From the IMG/VR virus record IMGVR_UViG_3300027906_000094, positions 1 to 29,875 of that record: a stretch of DNA of 29,875 nt; one strand, written 5' to 3'. Made by a program: the position numbers and the translations under genes. Shown piece after piece: positions 12,001 through 16,942 of the stretch. Every line of letters begins with the position of its first letter. The stretch's first letter is position 1. The notes below the pieces were generated by a model. The model saw only the letters and a program-made list of their open reading frames with translations. It had not been told where the DNA came from and searched no databases. Origin of the DNA: a virus (Duplodnaviria; Caudoviricetes).

Positions 12001-13517
12001 ACTTCCCAAGTGTATACACATCTGCAATTGTTTCTGTTGTAATTACTCCAACAACTGCTTACGGTAGAATCGAGAAGATTGAACAGGTTGGTTTACGTGC
12101 GATCATTCACTTAGGTGATACTGCTGGAGATTTTGTTAAGAATGCACAAATCATTGGTGACTACGGATTTAGAGGTGCTTGCTCCGTTGCTAAGACACTA
12201 CGTGGTCGCGTAAGAAGATACTTTAGAGGATTTGATGGTGAGACTACAAACTTCAAGTTAACCAAAGACAACGGTACTGCTTACTTCCCAGATCCCGCAG
12301 GTCATATGATGATCTTCGTGAACGGAATCCTACAGCCTCCAGGCGGTTCATTAGCGTTTACTGCATTCTCTGATAACATTCAGTTCACTGAAGCACCTGC
12401 AATTAACTCAACATTCCACGGTGTTTACGTAGGTAAGTTAAGACAGTTAGATGACATCTCATTCGACTTTGACTCATTACGTAACTCCTTCAACTTGAAG
12501 TTAGGTGGAGTGTTCTACTCACTAACATTGACTGAAGGTGTACAGTCCAACACGATTAGACCAGAGAACAACATTGTTTGTCAGTTAAATGGTGTTATTC
12601 AGGAACCAGGTATCGGTTTTGAACTGGTTGGTTCACGTATAATCTTCTCTGAAGTTCCTCGTGCGGGTTCAACATTCGTTGCATTCTCCTACATTGGTTC
12701 TGACGTTGACGTTATCGCTGCTACAGTCGTACCACCTATCGAAACTGGTGACAAACTAGCAATTGAAGGTGAAGAATTTGAAAGAACTGTTGCTCTAATT
12801 GAGTCTTCTAACTCACTAATTACCTTCGAATACACTGGATCTGTTCGTGGACGTAACGCACAAGCACTTGCAAACATTGAAAGAGGTCGTATTACTGAAG
12901 CAATCCTCACCAACTCTGGTGATGGTTTCACTTCACGTCCAAACGTTGATGTAATTTCCTCCTCTGGTTTCGGTGGTAAGATCAAGGCACTAGTTGGTCT
13001 CGCACGTATTGACGTTAAGAACGCTGGTCAAGGTTATGTACAACCATCTGTGGGAGTTAATACTACTGTCGCAGACGACTTCTTAGGACCTACAGGCGCA
13101 GGAGTTAATGGTGGAATTGACATTTACCACCCTGAGTACGTACCTCCTGGCGAATCAACTCCTGTTGGTGAAGCATTCATCACTATCGAGTCACAGCCTG
13201 TTAACACAACCGTTAACCAAGGTCAGACTGCTTCCTTCACTGTAATAGCATCCACTACACCTGCTGGTGGAGTGATTAACTATCAGTGGCAGAAGAAGGA
13301 TTACGGAACTAACTCTTGGATAAATATTGATGGTGCTACATCACCTACTTACACTACACCTGCTACTAGCCAGGGTGACGGTGGAGATGAATTTAGAGTC
13401 GGACTAACATCTACGGGTGCAACTCCAACACTCTCTCAATCTGCCATACTGACTATCAACATCGGTTCTACCACCGTTGATAACTTCACCCCAGATCAAA
13501 TATTCGATGATAACTAA
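3..13517 (+). CDS. Giant virion structural protein, baseplate wedge initiator (gp7-like) of T4-like cyanophages; 5'-truncated
   Basis: The frame is open from nt 3 (NPGYQVSGGDVHCLSDIVDFVEALAYNTALGGN...), so the Met at 168 is internal. It contains a LamG-like domain, helical CxxD...DL..GGN repeats and 21 HG/FTCxxD/HxYPR beta domains. It also has FDG..F.L...NG(I/V)(L/I)QxPG modules typical of cyanomyovirus baseplate proteins and a C-terminal Ig-like domain. It lies upstream of gp8. The gp7 equivalence is inferred from synteny and motifs. Confidence 0.8.
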   Translation, partial: NPGYQVSGGDVHCLSDIVDFVEALAYNTALGGNDHIYESTYRTLQYGTVTGDIDTMVDAYTKVKTMALDVMKNVVVAKQDTSHGWTQFTDSGITADTGSPVCNAVGSTITTLMDLVINALGTTASPGTHTAFAAGTSKTIPTGAVLANPSTTACVSITSTLTNFFAIITDSIQDPTGATPATYQWSISNLTRVEPAYSFNDAETLKSVKMAYKDKSSGGFFVFGETVKGITSGSTAEIIGSNAGNKWIYTKDPSAPFQAGEYITNSLLTNTGVTVDNLDYAVGTGSLEFNGSAYLTHPATEKLAFGNGGIPDGNFTIELWVKVTAVNTNQMILDFRTSTSDTGSAYLMIVNNSVRWNVGNVDRITSTGLIANTWTHIAVVRNSGVTSLFVGGTKVTTTYTDNTNYGNLPIKIGANASNAQGLTGNMENLMIKLGITAIDYTGDFTPSSTYDDTDINLKFGFDGEAPIPVIKGEIYAKYEQSIVSTCTADGVELWRDEIMTEGVDLARDEYRECADMIDKNKYWIAEEAVGRMKAQYPDFVIPGDTGTSSEGTRLCLRDTYEYIIPAIVADLRYGGNYNTIVAGRGYLANQAGQLAHVNGELLQSIYAWREVGKLCNDVITANADDLTGEHTTRIRIPNYFSSPAAAGIQTFITDIVDNLLLVLGPTGNRFRDGADLLYFNRKCIADEVAFWLEEQYNVTINFVQEDKFDIPGGTPGREKCVRDLRDHIIPAIAGDLLTGGNSNVQGIIDRYLDPQKKIIEVEKELLPMLDAIGYSKMLMEKALQNALVSRSENLANIAGMNAQTIDDLFQFQYTDIAAYRKDQATEPTFTHDNQIYAGSQRQLDAADMLETNKRAIAGEAVALMLKCSAFKHKNFSVKGGKNHCEDDIVDVIQGVIHDLRFSSNSAVYDASMLYLNTENGLKHVTDETEETLFAMKMARDMSALAIQNKLGFNPFPDEASNPPRNNYDFNAAGDGAAGNKFYDAGNEIEKNIRFIASTAVGRAVAQYPTLGFGGYGYQSCVDDVVDILEATVFNLKHGGNNKLWYATEFYITDANAIQHINSQSTEVKYVFEQARDIAIQVMRQQLVTTNGYTEGDPVYDQTITIDQQTASGQHTPTAATYDPATGLLVLTLAASHGVTTNDTLRINTNSLVFTCDQDDHQTQHSYPRTSDPAAISLLPVTNVSGNDVTVNVGITQRVNFDAKDSTYDPETGLLTLDIGSHSLRTGQTLKILEGELNYRCAQDNYRSIHKYPRSTDPVVDKAIDIEAIGTTFHTATWANFNPVTGFLNVTVPSHGFKNGDKIRLVNDSMTFSCDMDEHYSKKTYPRLSDPASGRFLPISSVTKNTFEMNIGKTPLKTFTPSQANYDPTTGGLELVLGVHGLTTGTHIKLAPNSLTFTCKEDDDATNHTYPRITTVNATPTDASYNPVNGHLTVTVANHGFKVGEMVQVEKDGLVMTCSMDGHASEHSYPRQDDPANNSWMKIEAVSTNTFTFNVGISPAVSFTPKDVVYTPSTGDMVLTIGDHSLTAGTALKIAEGGITFTCAQDSHQTLHPYPRNTTYTVSNINNGAYDPATGIITITTAANHGLQDGDKIKFADGAITFTCSMDGNGSNHPYPRSTDPVSGKWLEIDVTGNTTFTCNVGKTPSVGYDPSLVTYDPATGLMVMTIGTHDLTAGTSVRIAQNSLKFKCGFDNYATDHTYPRASGQGGATQDDPFYDTACNITAVTDTTITVQVLSTVPSTNTTPHTWVAPTKLTPTSAAYNPSTGVMTLSVTNHGVVNGEYIKIDDGAVTFTCGQDSDQTNHAYPRASDPVSNKFVPITYIDANTFSIQVLENVPSTNTTTHNFVSAVANSISRAVFRAGGIYTHAYVSSTAGSLTAKKDQAFDSSVEIKYEGTPLTAASGTTYSGATGIINITTSAAHGLVVGDYVKLRDGAVTFNCAEDGGATNHAYPRATDPISDKWIQVQSVGSSTTFTVQVLDTIPSTNTTNHTFVSGLSNGIIKKDDTITVNVGISSNTTAHIFKSAEPACITTGGNYTHLFKSAAVNCITKSSDPVYGNPLTITGTTATSITVNVLPVLPSTNVTQHTFVSATNNCVTTGGNYSHKFISAVDDGVELESGSVTVNVGKSPAIFYSVGDAIYDGETGDMQLKVGAHNLMEGTTIKIHDESLKFTCDMDSHASEHVYPRMTDPARNTALQMKEAGSTSHTITGASYTPTSGILSCTIANHGFRAARTASPTFAKFDPTTGDMEIYSANHNIVVGDSIKLAEGAITFRCARDQYSSNHSYPRKTDPAYDQWLIVSKANRNRFTVNVGTGETNGAVSDTSEHRFQASNPNTITVAPDLVKFDLNSITFNCTKDSNATNHTYPRADDPEAGHWIEVLSTPDANTFTCNVGISAGGNFAHTYVGATTGGLKKQTGWVTVNVGATPTTGHTVSSATFNPITGSMVLGIGNHYFNRHDNIRIAPNSLSFTCGLDSNNSVHTYPRGAMIESTPTGAAYDPLTGLMTLTQNNHGFSNGDFVKFKENAFTFTCSMDNNGSSHTYPRTTDPTFDRWIPVENVQANTFQVNVGTTPSVGFEPYSVSYNPTSGVMEMEIGHHEFTVGQSIRIAANSLTFTCAQDSNQTNHTYPRLGDPTYQNAVPITAVTDTKISVQVLASQPSTNTTVHQFIQQVGKTPTAINYNPVSGVMTVTITGHGYNDGDMVKFAEESLTFTCDKDSHATNHTYPRKTDPFWDKWMPISTVTADTFNVKILDVTPSTNISAHTFISAAANCVTRSAIRGGGIYTHANTGIASNGMIHKRDPFYQRGLNIDTIGYTSHTVTNALYNPNTGVMRLTIPNHGFTTSVTKTATAAVYDVTSSMLKITSGGHGFVEGDRVRIADNSLTFTCAQDGNSSNHSYPRPSDPASQRFLVVTNASSNTFEVNVGNFFGRGPISNQTAHTFVSATADGLELSRDKIKMAENSITFTCAKDDNTTNHSYPRANDPSYDEYLPISDVTTDEFDVYVGHANLDKTVHQFVSATTSGVTRPDGTITVNVGISSNTTTHNFVSSTTTWTPTGAAYNPTTGVMTLTINGHNFHNGEYIKIADSALVFRCDQDGQASDHAYPRATDPASGRMLKISNVTTNTFDVKILDVTPSTNTTTHVFQSAVANSISKPQIIGGGTYDHKYVSSTGMAVRSGGLYAHKFEGPTRTTVTNASYNGTTGVMQLTVPNHGWSNGDGIILDRESLVFTCAQDSNQTEHPYPRATDPFADRVMTISNVQANTFDVQVLNSAPSTNTTAHVFVSATAKGIRRAAVHTGGAYAHTFISAGSNSITTYTGSGAARCSNQASSITTLMGIPINLFGSGAGNPDAYIAGIARTLPGEWPLTGERAAIRDTTITYDMAGSGQCNATASSVTQLFDYPINVIKTAAAGSGNYFTNQSVTRNAPATNNALQSGGGICYNVTSAARVLGELIESTLGRAPEMYRQAARLLMFNDQYVDREAYFKTKQNYTGYTGDESFGADIRKAFIYDLITDGNIKTLELVNSWFDSEGNFVAFQNIFRTYIIFHAEAAKEFIVNTIEQDCVNPGAYNQEVPYENIEYRPTATAVHKINQLYHLIDIALNRSTLPTLYLKHSIDVGTDVNTDGSIDAPLGHIFEPYDRITYTVLGAAINELDRTIYYIHPDTTENLIWISEYIDGDKIESLTPGTQGQVHSFSVNDETGIVRTTSTFGERNVPTPIAGGIQPADIFFGATSGAYAEVIRVQDNHAEVLYNTTYLPITVTSDPEVFVQGEEVVKTGATANKGTILATDNATYMKVIITGGTLSPADLIEGTTSGATATVGASTHKLMLVNFRMGEFIATDILFSKEDSGRANALIVRNNDGALLDNQSGRVTFDIETVTGNFNANDVIYGSVTDQIIEVEAFNVLPGFGEYLHSTEITRFQYADIITDFGVDDTFKVGDVIQLQNAGQSVGHTFVVTEHDTTNKYVYLANEVGRFSAIGDDLTVIGGDVAYQLAKIPPGSNFPSVYTSAIVSVVITPTTAYGRIEKIEQVGLRAIIHLGDTAGDFVKNAQIIGDYGFRGACSVAKTLRGRVRRYFRGFDGETTNFKLTKDNGTAYFPDPAGHMMIFVNGILQPPGGSLAFTAFSDNIQFTEAPAINSTFHGVYVGKLRQLDDISFDFDSLRNSFNLKLGGVFYSLTLTEGVQSNTIRPENNIVCQLNGVIQEPGIGFELVGSRIIFSEVPRAGSTFVAFSYIGSDVDVIAATVVPPIETGDKLAIEGEEFERTVALIESSNSLITFEYTGSVRGRNAQALANIERGRITEAILTNSGDGFTSRPNVDVISSSGFGGKIKALVGLARIDVKNAGQGYVQPSVGVNTTVADDFLGPTGAGVNGGIDIYHPEYVPPGESTPVGEAFITIESQPVNTTVNQGQTASFTVIASTTPAGGVINYQWQKKDYGTNSWINIDGATSPTYTTPATSQGDGGDEFRVGLTSTGATPTLSQSAILTINIGSTTVDNFTPDQIFDDN
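849..1391 (+). other. LamG / concanavalin A-like lectin domain within the giant protein
   Basis: GSLEFNG...NFTIELWVK...NTWTHIAVVRNSGVTSLFVGG...IKIGAN...GNMENLMI matches the Laminin_G_3 pattern. Confidence 0.85.
1527..3320 (+). repeat. Four helical protein repeats (DA...NK..IA.EAV ... CxxD ... DL..GGN)
   Basis: Units begin near 1527, 2004, 2520 and 2940, with cores CLRD, CVRD, CEDD and CVDD followed by DLRYGGN, DLLTGGN, DLRFSSN and NLKHGGN. A partial unit is at nt 3-170 and a degenerate one near 10383. Confidence 0.75.
3339..9932 (+). repeat. Array of 21 nested ~105-aa beta-domain repeats (protein-level)
   Basis: I counted 21 YPR motifs. Consensus: A.YxPxTG.(M/L).LT...HG...GD.I.I....LTFTCxxDx5HxYPR..DP....I..V....F.VNVG....HxFVSA. 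The copies are diverged at the DNA level. Confidence 0.9.
13176..13463 (+). other. C-terminal Ig-like domain of the giant protein
   Basis: ITIESQPVNTTVNQGQTASFTV...YQWQK...W.NIDGATSPTYT...DGGDEFRV...SQSAILTI is the common phage/bacterial Ig-like pattern. Confidence 0.8.
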
Positions 13518-15250
13518 TGGCAGCTAACGGTAGTTACAATCCAAGTAATGACATTCTCACAGTAACGGGTGATGGGTTACCTCATCCCGTTACTAGTGGG
13601 ACATTTCCTAATGCAAACAACCCTAATGAAATAGCGACTTACACTTTCAGTCACGCTTTTACATATAGGGGTGGAGATAATACACAAACAAGTCAAAGTT
13701 ATCCATTAGGTATTGTTGGTATAGCAGCAAATGGTGTTGCACTCTTCAATCCTTCTGCTGGTGATCTAGGAAGTCCTCCTGTAGGATTTCATTGGGTTGC
13801 AACTGAAAATTTTGGAATGGTTAATTTTGGTGAAGATAGTTGTGGTGGTCATCCTAATGACAATGATCAATACCATTATCACGATGGTGAGTTTATAAGT
13901 TGCTGGAAAGCCAATCAGGTGATGGGTGCTTATAATGATTACTATGGTTTAAGTCAGTACGTTGGCGACAATATGCGTCACCCTGACGGTCACTCAAAGA
14001 TTTTAGGTTTATCATTTGATGGGTATCCTGTATATGGTCCATACGGATACAATTTACCTCAAGATAATACATCTCCAGTTGTAATAATGGAGACAGGGTA
14101 TCAAATGAATGCATCAATTGCTGTAAATAGACCTGCTTATGGTACTACAACAGCAAATCCACCCAAGGGTGCGTTGATGGAGGACTATGAGTACAACGTT
14201 GACAAACCTGGGAGGCATTTAGATGTTTATAATGGTCGCTATTGTCATACTCCTGAGTATCCAAACGGTACTTTTGCTTACTTTGTAACGATTTGGAACG
14301 ATGAAACGGAGAGTAAGACATACAATGTCACCACATCAAATGGTAAGTTCTTCATTGATGGTGTGGAAACACCTAATTTAGAATTAATTAAGGGAAGCAC
14401 ATATAGATTTACTCAACACGATACAACTAATTTAACACATCCATTTAGATTCTCCGCTGATTCTGATGGAATTCATAGTGGAGGAACTGAATACACCACT
14501 GGAGTTACAACTAATAACGTTCCTGGTAATGCTGGTGCTTGGACAGAGATAACTGTTGCATCTGATGCACCATCAACACTCTATTATTATTGCACTGCTC
14601 ACTCAGGAATGGGTGCTTCTAGTGTAATTACTGTTAGACCCAATCGTTATTTAACTCCTAAGTTCCCATTTATATTTGGTCTTTCTTCAAAAGAAACACT
14701 AAATATACCAGCGAATCAAGGTATTGGTCAGGCACAAGATCCTGGTGGTGGAGATGGTGGTGGAGATCCACCTGCTGCACCAAGTATTCTTATTACTAAC
14801 CAGCCAACTAATGCCACGATTGCTAATGGTGGTACTCAAACTTTTAGTTTGATTGCTGTAATTGAGCCTGAAGATGGTACTAAAGCATATCAATGGCAGG
14901 TTTCTACTGATGGAGGCTTTGCCTGGGCGAATATTACTGGTGCTAACACAGCATCATATTCATTAATAGCATTGGCTTATATGACTGGTTATCGATTTAG
15001 ATGTATCGTTACTGGTCCTATTGGTGCACCTGTGCAAGCACAGAACTCACCTTTAGCATCCAATCTTGTTATCCTAACTGTCACTGGTGGTACTGGTGGA
15101 ACAGATACTTCAAACGTTCTTAAATGGGATAGTATTGTTGGTAGATTTGATATGACGGCAGTCCCATTTGATAGGGACAACCAAAATCCAGACTTTACTA
15201 GAAATAATGTACGTTTTGACCTAACTAATTATGAATTCGACCTTACATAA
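13517..15250 (+). CDS. YHYH-domain structural protein with inserted cupredoxin-like module and Ig-like domain
   Basis: Motifs: PLGIVGIAANGVALFNP, DSCGGHP..QYHYH (YHYH at 13871-13882), HSKILG.SFDGYPVYGPYG, LDVYNGRYCHTPEYPNGTFAYFVT and FPFIFG. An HPF...YYYCTAHSGMG module is at 14312-14638 and an Ig-like domain at about 14786-15085. The start overlaps the upstream stop (TAATG). Confidence 0.88.
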   Translation: MAANGSYNPSNDILTVTGDGLPHPVTSGTFPNANNPNEIATYTFSHAFTYRGGDNTQTSQSYPLGIVGIAANGVALFNPSAGDLGSPPVGFHWVATENFGMVNFGEDSCGGHPNDNDQYHYHDGEFISCWKANQVMGAYNDYYGLSQYVGDNMRHPDGHSKILGLSFDGYPVYGPYGYNLPQDNTSPVVIMETGYQMNASIAVNRPAYGTTTANPPKGALMEDYEYNVDKPGRHLDVYNGRYCHTPEYPNGTFAYFVTIWNDETESKTYNVTTSNGKFFIDGVETPNLELIKGSTYRFTQHDTTNLTHPFRFSADSDGIHSGGTEYTTGVTTNNVPGNAGAWTEITVASDAPSTLYYYCTAHSGMGASSVITVRPNRYLTPKFPFIFGLSSKETLNIPANQGIGQAQDPGGGDGGGDPPAAPSILITNQPTNATIANGGTQTFSLIAVIEPEDGTKAYQWQVSTDGGFAWANITGANTASYSLIALAYMTGYRFRCIVTGPIGAPVQAQNSPLASNLVILTVTGGTGGTDTSNVLKWDSIVGRFDMTAVPFDRDNQNPDFTRNNVRFDLTNYEFDLT

Positions 15251-15253
15251 ATA
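15246..15253 (+). promoter_or_regulatory. T4-type late promoter variant (CATAAATA)
   Basis: One mismatch to TATAAATA. It overlaps the upstream stop codon and ends 24 nt before the ATG at 15278. Confidence 0.6.
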
Positions 15254-15277
15254 AAACTGTAGAATAACCCCCCTACT

Positions 15278-16939
15278 ATGGCTAAGCAGAACCTCAATAT
15301 TGGCGTAAGTGCCAATGACGGAACAGGTGATACCTTACGAGATGGTGCTATTAAACTCAACAACGTTGTAGATGAGTTATATGCGGCTCTTGGAGATAAC
15401 ACTAACCTTCAAATAACAGTTAATTCACCCTCAACGAACCAAGTCCTCAAATGGAATGGTAGTACATTTACTGAGGGACAACTTGCAGCATCGAATCTTA
15501 CTGACGTGGACGTTAGCGGGGTTACTAACGGACAGGTTCTTAAGTGGAATACTGCAAATGCTCGCTGGCAGCCAGGCGACGATTTACAAGGTGGTGGTGG
15601 CGGTGGTTCTTCAATAACCAATCTTACCAACAATGGTAGTGATGAGGTTGTTATTTCTACGAACTTCCTTCCTAATACTGATAATGCTTATGACTTGGGT
15701 TCTTCTACTTTGCGTTTTCGGGATGCTTACTTGGTCAACGCTTCTCTTTGGCTAGGTGATACTGCACTCTCTACTGATCCTGTGACACAGGAGATGCAAC
15801 GTAAGAAGCAGCAACCTCATACAGTTAATAGTATTGACACTGGTGCTACTCGTACCATTGCTTCTAAATTAGCATCTGAAGATTCTACACAAGAAGAGAA
15901 GTTCAGACTTCGTTTCAATGCTATGAAGGCTGGTACCAAACTAGAGATTGAAGACTCAACTGGTGCCAAAGCAGAAGTTGATTTTACTTCATTCACTGCT
16001 GAAGCAGGTGCAGCACGTGGTTACATCCAAGTAGCTGCTACTGGTGCTAACCAATCTCAAGAATTGTCTGTAACAAATCCAGTTAAGATCACTTCTAAGA
16101 ATAGACTGTTAAGTGAGGATGAGACTGGTAAGGTTGATATTGGAGCACAAGATTTAGACTTTGGTAGTGGTAACAAACTATTCTTTGATGGTTCGGGTGT
16201 CCTAGAAGTTACAGGTTCAGAATTACGTTTTGGTGCTTCTGGTTCTAAGAAGCAATTGAAGTTTGATGGTAATGATAACCTAGTTCTCGATCAAGATACT
16301 GAGATTCAGTTTGGTACTACTCACAAATTAGCAATGGACTCAACTGGTAACCTAACGGTTCCTGATGGAGAAATTAGATTTGGTAGTTCTACCAGAAAAT
16401 TGAAAATTGACTCTAGTGGTAACCTTGAACTCCCTGCTGATGGTGAGATCAAGATCGGTACTAAGAGAATGAAGATCGGTACTAACGGTACCTTTGATAT
16501 TGCTAACGATGGTACTAACTTCACTGAAGTTGGTGGTGGATTCCAGACTCAGATCGGTAATGCTCCTGCTGGTGCATCTATTATCAAGGGTCACGATAAT
16601 GCAACCATCTATAAGCCATCTCCAACATTGCTCTATAGGTTCACTGCATCTGGAATGAGTGCATATACAGTTAACGGACCTGGATTAGCAACTAACGTAT
16701 CTAATGCTTCTTTGGTATTCCATAGAGGATTTACATATGATTTGCATAACCAAGCAGGTGGTTCACACCCATTAAGGATTCAGTCTAGTTCTGGTACCTC
16801 TGGTACAGAGTATACAACTGGTGTTTCTGGATCTAACACAGGTATGCAAATTATAACCGTTCCACTTGATGCACCAGATACCTTATATTATCAGTGCACA
16901 GCGCACGCCGCTATGAACGGCACAATCACCGTAAAATGA
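15278..16939 (+). CDS. Baseplate wedge/tail-fibre connector-like protein (T4 gp9/gp10 N-terminal motif) with C-terminal cupredoxin-like module
   Basis: N-terminus MAKQNLNIGVSANDGTGDTLRDGAIKLNNVVDELY matches the T4 gp9/gp10 N-terminal pattern. It has two QVLKWN fibre motifs, five short beta repeats and a C-terminal HPL...LYYQCTAHAAMNGTI. Confidence 0.8.
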   Translation: MAKQNLNIGVSANDGTGDTLRDGAIKLNNVVDELYAALGDNTNLQITVNSPSTNQVLKWNGSTFTEGQLAASNLTDVDVSGVTNGQVLKWNTANARWQPGDDLQGGGGGGSSITNLTNNGSDEVVISTNFLPNTDNAYDLGSSTLRFRDAYLVNASLWLGDTALSTDPVTQEMQRKKQQPHTVNSIDTGATRTIASKLASEDSTQEEKFRLRFNAMKAGTKLEIEDSTGAKAEVDFTSFTAEAGAARGYIQVAATGANQSQELSVTNPVKITSKNRLLSEDETGKVDIGAQDLDFGSGNKLFFDGSGVLEVTGSELRFGASGSKKQLKFDGNDNLVLDQDTEIQFGTTHKLAMDSTGNLTVPDGEIRFGSSTRKLKIDSSGNLELPADGEIKIGTKRMKIGTNGTFDIANDGTNFTEVGGGFQTQIGNAPAGASIIKGHDNATIYKPSPTLLYRFTASGMSAYTVNGPGLATNVSNASLVFHRGFTYDLHNQAGGSHPLRIQSSSGTSGTEYTTGVSGSNTGMQIITVPLDAPDTLYYQCTAHAAMNGTITVK

Positions 16940-16942
16940 TAA

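Noticed and set aside
14591-14611. CTAH as a heme c CxxCH motif or a plastocyanin (petE) auxiliary gene
   Set aside because: There is only one Cys, so it is not CxxCH. The module is embedded in a structural protein with no signal peptide and is not a standalone petE.
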